NCBI RefSeq assembly: GCF_965219595.1
Contig: NZ_OZ244781.1
Span: 133,429 to 197,428, forward strand
Origin: Candidatus Poriferisodalis sp.
GTDB taxonomy: Bacteria; Actinomycetota; Acidimicrobiia; Acidimicrobiales; Poriferisodalaceae
Reading direction: 5' to 3'
Length of the DNA stretch: 64,000 nt
Every line of letters starts with the position of its first letter. Position 1 is the first letter of the stretch. Below, piece after piece: positions 45,422-54,359 of the stretch. A program made the position numbers and the translations under genes. The notes beneath the pieces are model-generated. The model was not told where the DNA came from and made no database searches. It saw only the letters and a list, made by a program, of their open reading frames with translations.

Positions 45422-46321
45422 TTAACCGAGACGGAGTTGGTCGCCGACTGCGGTGATCAAGCCCTCGGCGGTCAGTTCTTCGACAAGACGTTGAGCGCGT
45501 GCTTCGTCGTGCTCGAGTCTCATCGCCGCGGCAGCCTGTTCCGTCGGGAGCGAACCACCTGACAGCGCTGCGAGCAGGCGGCCCCTGGCCTGGCGGTCGC
45601 TGCCTTCGAACGGTGCCTGCCGCGCACTGACCCCGGCGCTGCGGTCGGCTGGATCTGGTTGACCCGAAGGCTCCGGGCCCAATACCTCAACCGCCCACGC
45701 ACACCACCGCTGTGCAGGGCACTGGCCGCAGCTCGGATCTCGCTTGGTGCAGACCTGTGCGCCGAGATCCATCATCGCCTGGTTCCATGCCCAGCTCTCC
45801 CCCGCAGGCACCAATTCATCGGCGATGCGCTGGGCCTCCCGGGGGCTCAGCCGACGGCCCTGCCAGCGGGCCAGGATGCGACCCACGTTGGTATCGACCA
45901 CGCCGGTATCGATGCCGAAGGCGAAGGCTTGCACTGCCCGAGCGGTGTAGGGACCCACGCCCGGCAGCGCCAGCAGGCCGTCCAGATCGGCGGGCACCCG
46001 GCCGCCGTGGCGCTCGCTGATGATCGCCGCCGTCCGCCAGAGGTTGCGAGCGCGCCGGGGGTAGCCCAGTCCCTGCCACACAGCCAGCACTTCGGCCAGC
46101 TTCGCTGCCGCGCACTGCTCCGGTATCGGCCAGCACTCGGCAAACGTCTCGAAGTACGGCAGCACCCGCTCCACCTGGGTCTGCTGCAGCATGACCTCCG
46201 AGACCAGCACGAGCCACGGGTCGCGGGTGCGCCGCCACGGCAGATCTCGCCGCTCGGCCGCCCACCAGCCGATCAGTTCGGCGTGGCGCGAGCTACGCGC
46301 ATCCGACCCAGCGTGGCGCAA
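45422..46321 (-). CDS. mutY: A/G-specific adenine DNA glycosylase
   Basis: DLPWR..RDPW.VLVSE.MLQQTQV, GLGYPRRARNL and the 4Fe-4S loop CTKRDPSCGQCPAQRWC. Confidence 0.9.
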   Translation of the reverse strand: MRHAGSDARSSRHAELIGWWAAERRDLPWRRTRDPWLVLVSEVMLQQTQVERVLPYFETFAECWPIPEQCAAAKLAEVLAVWQGLGYPRRARNLWRTAAIISERHGGRVPADLDGLLALPGVGPYTARAVQAFAFGIDTGVVDTNVGRILARWQGRRLSPREAQRIADELVPAGESWAWNQAMMDLGAQVCTKRDPSCGQCPAQRWCAWAVEVLGPEPSGQPDPADRSAGVSARQAPFEGSDRQARGRLLAALSGGSLPTEQAAAAMRLEHDEARAQRLVEELTAEGLITAVGDQLRLG

Positions 46322-46325
46322 GCGA

Positions 46326-46847
46326 TCAGCCCTCGCCGACGGCTGCCTCGTCGCTGTAGGGGAAGCGGCGCTCGGGCCCTGCTTCCCGCTTCCAGATCAT
46401 GACCTTGCGGCGGAAGTAGCACACCTCTTCGGAGCGCTGGTTGAACGCCCGGGTCTCCACGGTCACCACGCCCCGGTCGGGCCGCGAGCCAGACTCACGC
46501 TTGTCGAGCACCTTGGTGACGGCGTAGATCGTGTCGCCGTGGAACGTCGGACGGGAGTGGGTCAGCGTCTCGACCTCGAGGTTCGCAATGGCCGCACCGC
46601 TCACGTCGGGCACGCTCATGCCCAGCACCAGCGAGTACACGAGATTGCCCACCACCACGTTCTTGCCGTGCACGGTCTCGTGCTGGGCGAACCACTCGTT
46701 GGTGTGCAGCGGGTGGTGGTTCATCGTGATCATGCAGAACAGGTGATCGTCTGCCTCGGTGATGGTCTTGCCCGGCCAGTGCTGGTACACGTCGCCGATG
46801 TCGAAGTCCTCGAAGTAGCGCCCGAACGGGCGGTCATGGACGGTCAC
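46326..46847 (-). CDS. MaoC-family acyl-CoA dehydratase (single hot-dog)
   Basis: GRYFEDF.IGDVY.H..GKTITE.D.HLF...T.N.HPLH, NLEVE...H..P.F.GDT.YA and RES.SRPDRG.V.V. Confidence 0.85.
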   Translation of the reverse strand: MTVHDRPFGRYFEDFDIGDVYQHWPGKTITEADDHLFCMITMNHHPLHTNEWFAQHETVHGKNVVVGNLVYSLVLGMSVPDVSGAAIANLEVETLTHSRPTFHGDTIYAVTKVLDKRESGSRPDRGVVTVETRAFNQRSEEVCYFRRKVMIWKREAGPERRFPYSDEAAVGEG

Positions 46848-47007
46848 AGGAACCTCCGTGCAATGGTCTGGAGCAGTGGTGCTGGTGCGTGGACCGAGTC
46901 ATCGTACGGCGCAGCATCCCCGCTGACCGGGTCAAGCCGAGTCGTAGCCCGGGCCGCGCGCTGGAGCGGGCTTTAGCCTGTGCGGCTGTGACGACGACGG
47001 GGACGAC

Positions 47008-48606
47008 ATGACTGCGAACGCCGAGGCCACGGTGACTGAACCGGACATGTCCGCCGCAGCGGATGCGCTCGCTGCGGGCAACGCGGCGTTGAGCCGTGCG
47101 TGCAGCCATGCGGTCGGCATGGGCGACGACCACCAGTGCTTCCTGTACGACCTGGCGCACACCGCCTCGGCGCTGCGCATCTGCGATTCGCTGGTCGCAT
47201 GGGGTGCGCTGGGCGACGCCGAGGCCCGCCTCGCCTGCGGTTTCATCGCCGACGCCCTCGGGGAGTTCCACGCCCGGCTGTTCGCCCGTGAGGCCCAGTG
47301 GGGCCTCGAGCCCGGTGCTCTCGACGGCGCTCGCGACTTCGTAGCCGCCTACCGCAATCCCCCCTACATCGCCACGCTGGCCGGCCTCGATGCACCCAGC
47401 CACCTCGACGAAGACTTCGAGCTCGTGGCGGAGACCTTCCGCCGCTTCGGCGAGGACAAGATCGCCCCCGCTGCCGAGCACATCCACCGGGGCGACACCG
47501 ACATCCCCGAAGACATCATCGGCGGGCTGGCCGAGCTGGGCTGCTTCGGCCTTTCGGTGCCCGAGGAATACGGCGGGTTCGCCTCCGGCTCCGAGAGCGA
47601 CTACCTCGGCATGGTCATCGCCACCGAGGAGCTGTCGCGGGCATCGCTGGGCGCGGGCGGCTCGCTCATCACCCGGCCCGAGATCCTCACCCGGGCGCTG
47701 GAGCGGGGCGGCACCGAGGAGCAGAAGAAGCACTGGTTCCCCCAGATCGCCACCGGCGAAACCATGGTGGCGGTCGCCGTCACCGAGCCCGACTACGGCA
47801 GTGACGTGGCCAACCTGGTCGTGTCGGCATCGCCCACCGAAGGCGGCTGGCTGATCTCGGGCACCAAGACGTGGTGCACGTTCGCCGGCCGGGCCGATGT
47901 GCTGATGCTGCTGGCCCGCACCGATCCTGACCGGCGCAAAGCGCACCGGGGCCTCAGCCTGTTCATCGTGCCCAAGCCCCAGTCGGAGGGCCACGACTTC
48001 CAGTTCACCGACGATCGTGGCGGCACCATCGAGGGGCGGGCCATCGCCACGCTGGGCTACCGGGGCATGCACAGCTTCGAGATCGCCTTTGACGACTGGT
48101 TCGTGCCCGCAGAGAACCTCATCGGCGGCGACGACGGCGTCGGGCAGGGCTTCTACCTGCAGATGGCCGGCTTCGAGAACGGGCGGCTGCAGACTGCGGC
48201 TCGTGCCGTTGGCGTCATGCAGGCGGCCTACGACGAGGCCCGCACCTACGCCGACGAGCGCAAGGTGTTCGGCCAGCCGATCGCCGACTACCAGCTGACG
48301 CAGGCGAAGCTGGGCCGTATGGCGGCGATCATCGCCGCCGCCCGCCAGTACAGCTACGAGGTGGCCCGCATGATGGCTCGGGGCGGCGGAGCGCTCGAGG
48401 CGTCGATGATCAAGGCATATGTGTGCAAGGCCGCCGAGTGGGTGACCCGCGAGGCGCAGCAGCTCCACGGCGGGTTCGGCTTCGCCGAGGAATACACGGT
48501 GAGCCGGCTGTTCGTGGACGCCCGGGTGCTGTCGATCTTCGAGGGCGCCGACGAAACGCTGTGCCTGAAGGTGATCGCGCGCCGGCTGCAGACACAGAGC
48601 GCCTGA
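47008..48606 (+). CDS. acyl-CoA dehydrogenase with ~150-aa N-terminal extension, (2S)-methylsuccinyl-CoA dehydrogenase-like
   Basis: ACAD core (AVTEPDYGSDV, GTKTWCTFAG, QLHGGFGFAEEY). The long N-terminal extension and ~530-aa size resemble Mcd of the ethylmalonyl-CoA pathway. Confidence 0.8.
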   Translation: MTANAEATVTEPDMSAAADALAAGNAALSRACSHAVGMGDDHQCFLYDLAHTASALRICDSLVAWGALGDAEARLACGFIADALGEFHARLFAREAQWGLEPGALDGARDFVAAYRNPPYIATLAGLDAPSHLDEDFELVAETFRRFGEDKIAPAAEHIHRGDTDIPEDIIGGLAELGCFGLSVPEEYGGFASGSESDYLGMVIATEELSRASLGAGGSLITRPEILTRALERGGTEEQKKHWFPQIATGETMVAVAVTEPDYGSDVANLVVSASPTEGGWLISGTKTWCTFAGRADVLMLLARTDPDRRKAHRGLSLFIVPKPQSEGHDFQFTDDRGGTIEGRAIATLGYRGMHSFEIAFDDWFVPAENLIGGDDGVGQGFYLQMAGFENGRLQTAARAVGVMQAAYDEARTYADERKVFGQPIADYQLTQAKLGRMAAIIAAARQYSYEVARMMARGGGALEASMIKAYVCKAAEWVTREAQQLHGGFGFAEEYTVSRLFVDARVLSIFEGADETLCLKVIARRLQTQSA

Positions 48607-48716
48607 GCACCCTGACGAACCGACGCCAGCGACGTCGGATTCATCCTGTGCGCGGAAGCGCCGCCGCGACGGCTCGACGCGGGAAGACACGACCGGGCAC
48701 GGGATAGCGTCGGCGC

Positions 48717-49508
48717 GTGCATCCGATGGAGCACCTGCGCTATGTGGCGCGTGCGGGCGACCTGTCGCAGGATGTGCTGGTGCGCGAGGCTGCATCGGCA
48801 TTGGGCGCGCTCGCCTCGGACCCGCTGGAGCTGGTCACGGTGTGCCGCCGCATCCTCGACAAGTACCCGGTCGCCGGCGCGCTGTGGTCGATGGCGGCCG
48901 TGGTGTGCGCCTCGGCCCAGCCGTACCGGGATGCACGCGAGTTCGCGGCCGAGCTGCGAGCCGATGCCACTGCCGACCGCGCCGCTGACGCGCTGCCCGA
49001 GGGAGCCACGGTGTGCCTGCTGGGCTGGCCCGACCTTGCCGCTGAGGGACTGGGGCGGCGCGCCGACATCGAGGTGCGCATCATCGACGCCTACGGCGAG
49101 GGCGCTGGCCTGGCTCGGCGGCTTGCGGGCGACGGTTGCGAGGTGACCGACGTGCCGCTGGCGGGTTTGGCGGCTGCATGCTCAACCGCTGAGGTGATCC
49201 TGGTGGAGGCTGCTGCCGCCGGGCCCGAAGCCGTAATCGCAGCCGGCGGCTCCCATGCCGCTGCGGCGGTCGGGTACGTGTCGGGGGTGGAGGTGTGGTG
49301 CCTCATCGGGCAGGGACGGGCGCTGCCGCAGCCGCTCTTCGAGGCCGCTTCAAGCGCCGTGGCCGACGAGCCGTGGGAATACGACGAGGAGATCGTGCCG
49401 ATCGGCCTGTTCAGCCATGTTGTGGGGCCCGGCGGCATCGAGCCGGCTGCCGGCTGGCAACGGGCCGACTGCCCTCTGGCCGCCGAGCTGCTGCGTCCGC
49501 CGATCTGA
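48717..49508 (+). CDS. hypothetical protein, possibly degenerate eIF-2B/MtnA-like fold
   Basis: 263-aa ORF. The layout ...VCLLGW..(G)..EVRIIDAYGEG..LARRLAGDGCEVTDVP...VILVEAAAAG...AAGGSHAAAAV is reminiscent of the IF-2B family but weak. Confidence 0.6.
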   Translation: MHPMEHLRYVARAGDLSQDVLVREAASALGALASDPLELVTVCRRILDKYPVAGALWSMAAVVCASAQPYRDAREFAAELRADATADRAADALPEGATVCLLGWPDLAAEGLGRRADIEVRIIDAYGEGAGLARRLAGDGCEVTDVPLAGLAAACSTAEVILVEAAAAGPEAVIAAGGSHAAAAVGYVSGVEVWCLIGQGRALPQPLFEAASSAVADEPWEYDEEIVPIGLFSHVVGPGGIEPAAGWQRADCPLAAELLRPPI

Positions 49509-49533
49509 CAACCGGCGCATCGGCGCATGAACC

Positions 49534-50061
49534 GTGGCCGCGCTCACCGGGAGCGCTAGTTTGCCTGCCGTGCTTGACGCGCCGTCCACCGACATCAAGC
49601 TCGAGACGCTCTCCGGCCACACTCACACGCTGGCCGAATGGCTGGTGGTGTTCAACCTCATGGGCGTTGTCATCGACCCCTACACGCACCAGAGCGGCTG
49701 GATCCTGCCCACTGCATCGCGGCTGTTCCTGGTGTACGAGGAGGCCGACGTGCGCTGCGCATTCGTGGTGTGCAGCGATGCGCAGGGCGCCCGCAGCTTC
49801 CTGGGCCGCTTTGCCGACGAGCATCTCGTGCTGCTCGACCCCGAGCGCGAGTTCGTTCGATCGCTGGGCCTGGAACGGCTGCCCGCCCTCGTGCACCTCG
49901 CCCAAGACGCCAGCGTGCTCGGCTCGGCCCAGGGCTGGAACGCCGCCGAATGGTCTGACGTGATCGACGGCGTCGAAGAGGCCATGGACTGGCGGGCGCG
50001 CCCGGTGCTGCCCACAGCCGACGACCCGGGCAACTTCGAAGGCACACCAGCACTCGGCTAG
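49534..50061 (+). CDS. hypothetical thioredoxin/peroxiredoxin-fold-like protein lacking an obvious redox Cys motif
   Basis: GTG start. L..L.G....L.EW.VVFNL...ID......LLDPEREF...LG...LPALV is a TlpA/Prx-like layout without CxxC. Confidence 0.55.
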   Translation: MAALTGSASLPAVLDAPSTDIKLETLSGHTHTLAEWLVVFNLMGVVIDPYTHQSGWILPTASRLFLVYEEADVRCAFVVCSDAQGARSFLGRFADEHLVLLDPEREFVRSLGLERLPALVHLAQDASVLGSAQGWNAAEWSDVIDGVEEAMDWRARPVLPTADDPGNFEGTPALG

Positions 50062-50082
50062 CGCGACAACGGAACCGAACGC

Positions 50083-50685
50083 TTAGGACCGCCAGCCCTT
50101 CTGTCGGTACATCGAGCGGTCGGCGGCGTGGAGCAGTGCGCCGGGTGAGACCTCGCCGCCGCGTCCGGTGGCGCTGCCGATGCTGACGGTGACGCCCATC
50201 TCGGCCAAGGGGTCGCCAGTGTCACTCTGCGCAGGCGCCTGGGTGAGCGACGCGTGCAGACGTCCGGTGATGATCTCCATGTCGCTTGCGCTGCGCAGCC
50301 CGCCGCACACCACTACGAACTCGTCGCCGCCGACGCGGGCAACCACGTCAGACGGCCGCACGGCGTCGCGCAGGCACTGTGCCACGGTGACGAGCACCAG
50401 GTCGCCTACCAGGTGGCCGTGCTGATCGTTGACCTGCTTGAAGGCATCGACGTCGCAGAATGCCACGCCGACCATCCGGCCGGTACGCGTCGAGCGCACC
50501 AGCTCGGCCTGCAGGTGGCGCAGTGCCCCGTCTCGGGTGGCAATGCCGGTCAACGAATCGGCGCGCCACGTTCGCCGCCAGCGGCCCGATGCCAGCCACC
50601 AGCCGCCGCCGAGCGCTGCAGCCAGTGCGGCTGCGCCCACGCGCAGCCTGGATGCGACCGACCGGCTCACCAATCTCCCCCGCAA
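50083..50685 (-). CDS. GGDEF-domain diguanylate cyclase with N-terminal TM anchor
   Basis: FCDVDAFKQVND.HGHLVGD and RVGGDEFVVV. Confidence 0.88.
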   Translation of the reverse strand: MRGRLVSRSVASRLRVGAAALAAALGGGWWLASGRWRRTWRADSLTGIATRDGALRHLQAELVRSTRTGRMVGVAFCDVDAFKQVNDQHGHLVGDLVLVTVAQCLRDAVRPSDVVARVGGDEFVVVCGGLRSASDMEIITGRLHASLTQAPAQSDTGDPLAEMGVTVSIGSATGRGGEVSPGALLHAADRSMYRQKGWRS

Positions 50686-50716
50686 GGCACAAGCGGATCG
50701 GGGTGGCGGGCAGCAC

Positions 50717-51511
50717 TCACCGGGCGGTCCAGCCCCCGTCCACCATCAGCGAGCTGCCGGTCACGTAGCTGCTGGCGTCGCTGGCCAAGAACAGCAGCGC
50801 ACCATCCAGCTCGTGCTCGTGCCCAGGTCGCCGCATCGGGGCGTTCCGGCTGATCCACGCCATCGAGCGATCATCGTCGAACATCGGTGCCGTCAGCTCA
50901 GTCTCGAAGTAGCCGGGGCACAGGGCGTTGACCCGCACGCCCCGGGTGGCCCACTGCACGGCAAGGTCGCGTGTCAGGTTCACCAGGCCCGCTTTGGACG
51001 CCGCGTACGCGGGCTGCAGGTTGGGCGCCGAGGCCACGTGACCGTGCACCGAGGCCACGTTGATGATGCTGCCCGTGGCCTCCCGGCCGATGATGTCGGC
51101 AGCTGCGAGCCCTGCCAGCAGGAAGCACGCATTCAGGTTGATGTCGACCACATGCCGGAAGCTCTCCACGTCGGCCTGCTCGCCGGGATTGATGGCGTCG
51201 CTCACCCCGGCGTTGTTGACCAGCACGTCGACCTTGCCGTAACGGTCCACCACCTGGGCCACTAGGTCTCGGCAGGCGTCGTCGTCGCCCACATCGCACG
51301 GCACGGCGAGTGCGTCGGGCAGCTCGGCCGCCAGCGCTTCCAGCCGGTCGGCCCGGCGGGCGGCCACCGCCACCTTGGCGCCGGCCGCTGCGAACACCCG
51401 GGCGAAGCGCACCCCGAAGCCGCTCGACGCACCGGTCACCAGGCACACCTGCCCGTCGAGCCGGAATGGCGAGGTCAGGTCGATCTGCCCGTTCGCTGCG
51501 GTTTTACTCAT
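50717..51511 (-). CDS. SDR-family oxidoreductase
   Basis: VTGASSGFG, NNAG and YAASKAG motifs. Confidence 0.9.
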   Translation of the reverse strand: MSKTAANGQIDLTSPFRLDGQVCLVTGASSGFGVRFARVFAAAGAKVAVAARRADRLEALAAELPDALAVPCDVGDDDACRDLVAQVVDRYGKVDVLVNNAGVSDAINPGEQADVESFRHVVDINLNACFLLAGLAAADIIGREATGSIINVASVHGHVASAPNLQPAYAASKAGLVNLTRDLAVQWATRGVRVNALCPGYFETELTAPMFDDDRSMAWISRNAPMRRPGHEHELDGALLFLASDASSYVTGSSLMVDGGWTAR

Positions 51512-51746
51512 CGACTGTCCTTCATCGCGGTCGGTGTTCGCCCATCAGCGCACGAGGGTACGGCGCGCAGCAGCACCGTTCATGCCGAAGCGCCAGTCAC
51601 ACAGCAGCGACGACCTCGCAGCGGTAGGTGTCGTGCAGGCCACTACCGCGAGCGCGACCCGGGCCGACCCCGCAGCGGCGCGCGTCGCGCCGGCCGGCCC
51701 AGCGGCACCCGGGTCGAGCTGGCTGCGGTGCCCTAGCGTGGACTCT

Positions 51747-52643
51747 ATGAAGATCCGGATCGGCTTCGGGCTGGGCACGCGCAGCTTCACCAACGACCAC
51801 GCCACCTTCGACCCGTTCGTGGATGCGCTGGAGGACAACGGCTTCGACTCGTTGTGGCTGAGCGAGCGGCTCGGCGGCGAATGCCCCGACCCGATCGTGG
51901 GTCTCGCCTACGCAGCAGGCCGCACCAAGCGCATGAAGTTCGGCATGTCGGTGCTGGTGCTGCCCGGCCGCAACCTCGCCGTGCTCGCCAAGGAACTGGC
52001 CAGCCTCGACCGCCTCTCCGACGGCCGGCTGCTGCCGGCGTTCGGGCTGGGCGTGGCCGATGTGCACGAGCAGGCGGCCTTCGGCGTCGAGCGCCGCGAG
52101 CGGGCGAAGATGTTCAACGAAGCCCTGCCGCTGCTGAAGCGCTTCTGGGAGGACGAGCCCGTCACCCATCACGGCGACTGGTACCACTACGACGATGTGT
52201 CGCTGCTGCCGAAGCCTGCGCAGAAGCCGATGGACATCTGGCTCGGCGGGGCAGCCGAGGTGGAGCTGCGCCGCTGCGGGCGCTTCGGCGACGGGTGGCT
52301 GCCATCGTTCTGCACGCCCGACATCGCCGCAGCCGGCTGGAAGATCGTGAACGAGGCCGCCGACGAGCACGAGCGCTGGATCGACCCCGAGCACTTCGGC
52401 GTGCTCATCCCCTACACGCACGGCGAGATCAGCCCCGGCTACAAGGCCATCCTCGAACGGCGCGCTCCCGATGCCGACCCGGGCGACATCATCCCGACCG
52501 GCTGGGACGGCTTGCGCGACCAGATCCAGCGATTCACTGACGTGGGCGCGTCGAAGTTCGTGCCCGTGCTGGTGGGCGAGCCCGACGATTGGTTCGCAGA
52601 GCTCGAAGGCGTCGCCAACGCAGTCCTGCCACTGCAGAACTAG
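51747..52643 (+). CDS. LLM-class F420-dependent oxidoreductase
   Basis: ATG 51747. MKIRIGFGLG...GFDSLWLSER...; luciferase-like pattern. 298 aa. Confidence 0.85.
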   Translation: MKIRIGFGLGTRSFTNDHATFDPFVDALEDNGFDSLWLSERLGGECPDPIVGLAYAAGRTKRMKFGMSVLVLPGRNLAVLAKELASLDRLSDGRLLPAFGLGVADVHEQAAFGVERRERAKMFNEALPLLKRFWEDEPVTHHGDWYHYDDVSLLPKPAQKPMDIWLGGAAEVELRRCGRFGDGWLPSFCTPDIAAAGWKIVNEAADEHERWIDPEHFGVLIPYTHGEISPGYKAILERRAPDADPGDIIPTGWDGLRDQIQRFTDVGASKFVPVLVGEPDDWFAELEGVANAVLPLQN

Positions 52644-52686
52644 CCAGCCGAGCGGCCGGGCCGTTCAAGGGCTGGGCCGTCCGGCG

Positions 52687-53526
52687 TCAACCGGCGGCGG
52701 TGTCGTCTGCTCCAGAGCGGCCGTCGCTGTCGCGCTTGCCGCCGCCCAGGTAGGACGTGCGCAGGGCTGGGTTGGCCAGCAGCGCCTCGGCGGTGTCGTC
52801 GAGCACGACGCGGCCCGTCTGCAGCACCCAGCCCCGGTCGGCGATGCCGAGCGCCATGTTGGCGTTCTGCTCCACCATGAACACCGTCATGCCGGCCTCG
52901 TGGATCTGGCCGATCAGCTCGAAGTTCTGCTGCACCAGTGCCGGTGCCAAGCCCATCGAGGGCTCGTCCATCAGCAGCACCCGAGGCTGGGACATCAGCG
53001 CTCGGCCGATGGCCACCATCTGCTGCTCACCGCCCGACAGCGTGCCCGCCTTCTGACCCAGCCGCTCCTTGACGCGCGGAAACAGCTCGTAGACATGCTC
53101 CATGTCGGCAGCGATGCCGTCGCTGTCTTTGCGGAGATAGGCGCCGAGCTGGAGGTTCTCGCGCACCGTGAGCCGCTTGAACAGGCGCCGGTTCTCGGGA
53201 ACCATGGTGATGCCCCTGGCCACCCGGTAGCTGATCGGCCGGTCGTTCACGACCTCGCCGTCGAGCACGACCTCGCCGGAGGTGGGTGTCAGCATGCCGA
53301 GCAGTGTCTTGAGCGTCGTGGACTTGCCGCTGGCGTTGCCGCCCAGCAGGCACACCAGCTCGCCTTGGTAGATCGACAGGTCGACATCGCGCAGCGCGTG
53401 CACCGCCCCGTAGTGCGCGTTCACCCTGCGCATCTCCAGCAGCGGCGCGCGCTCGGCGGTGCTTGCGGCGCCGCTGCCGCGGTCTTGACTGGCGCTGCCC
53501 GCCGCGCCGCTTGCGGCGCTGCTCAT
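52687..53526 (-). CDS. livF: branched-chain amino acid ABC transporter ATP-binding protein
   Basis: ATG 53526 overlaps the livG stop (ATGA). GGNASGKSTTLK, LSGGEQQM and LLMDEPS.GLAP. Confidence 0.9.
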   Translation of the reverse strand: MSSAASGAAGSASQDRGSGAASTAERAPLLEMRRVNAHYGAVHALRDVDLSIYQGELVCLLGGNASGKSTTLKTLLGMLTPTSGEVVLDGEVVNDRPISYRVARGITMVPENRRLFKRLTVRENLQLGAYLRKDSDGIAADMEHVYELFPRVKERLGQKAGTLSGGEQQMVAIGRALMSQPRVLLMDEPSMGLAPALVQQNFELIGQIHEAGMTVFMVEQNANMALGIADRGWVLQTGRVVLDDTAEALLANPALRTSYLGGGKRDSDGRSGADDTAAG

Positions 53527-54359
53527 GCCGTCGCCCCGTGGCCGAGGTACGCCTCGATGACCTGAGGGTCCACCGAGACGTCGGCGTAGTCGCCCTCGGC
53601 GATCTTCACGCCGTGGTCCAGCACCACCACCCGGTCGGAAACCTCGCGCACCACCTCCATGTCGTGCTCGATCACCACGATGGCGAAGCCCCACTCGTCG
53701 CGCAGTCGCCCGATCAGGCCGGTCAGCTCGGCCGACTCGGTGGGGTTCATGCCGGCAACAGGCTCGTCGAGCAGGATGAGCTTGGGCTGGGTGGCCATGG
53801 CCCGCGCGATCTCCAGCCGCCGCCGGTTGGCATACGACAGGGTGTAGGCGGGCTGGTCGAACCGGTAGCCCGTCAGACGGCTGCCGAAGAACGACAGCAC
53901 TTCCTTGCCCCGCTCGGTGATCTCGGCCTCTTCGTTGCGGAACGCCTTGGTGAACAGCAGCGCCCCGAACACGCTCTGGCGGGTGCGACAGTGCTGGGAG
54001 ACCATCACGTTCTCGAGCACGGTCATGTTGGCGAACAGGCGGACGTTCTGGAAGGTGCGGGCGATGCCCCGGGAGGTGACCCGGTTGGGGTCGAGACCGA
54101 TGAGCGACTCGCCCTCGAAACAGATGTCGCCCTCGCTGGCGGCGACCGTGGCCGTGATGGCGTTGAACAGCGTGGTCTTGCCGGCACCGTTGGGGCCGAT
54201 GACCGAGACGATCTCGCCCGGATACACGGCTAGATCCAGCCCGTCGAGCGCCTTCAGCCCGCCGAAGTCAACACCGAGGCCCCGGGTTTCGAGAATGGGC
54301 ACCTGCGCAGCTTGGGCGGCGGAATCCTGGGGGGTGCCGGACGGCGTCGTGACGCTCAT
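53523..54359 (-). CDS. livG: branched-chain amino acid ABC transporter ATP-binding protein
   Basis: GPNGAGKTTLFN, ARTFQN.RLF, LSYANRRRLEIARA and ILLDEP.AGMNP. Confidence 0.92.
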   Translation of the reverse strand: MSVTTPSGTPQDSAAQAAQVPILETRGLGVDFGGLKALDGLDLAVYPGEIVSVIGPNGAGKTTLFNAITATVAASEGDICFEGESLIGLDPNRVTSRGIARTFQNVRLFANMTVLENVMVSQHCRTRQSVFGALLFTKAFRNEEAEITERGKEVLSFFGSRLTGYRFDQPAYTLSYANRRRLEIARAMATQPKLILLDEPVAGMNPTESAELTGLIGRLRDEWGFAIVVIEHDMEVVREVSDRVVVLDHGVKIAEGDYADVSVDPQVIEAYLGHGATA

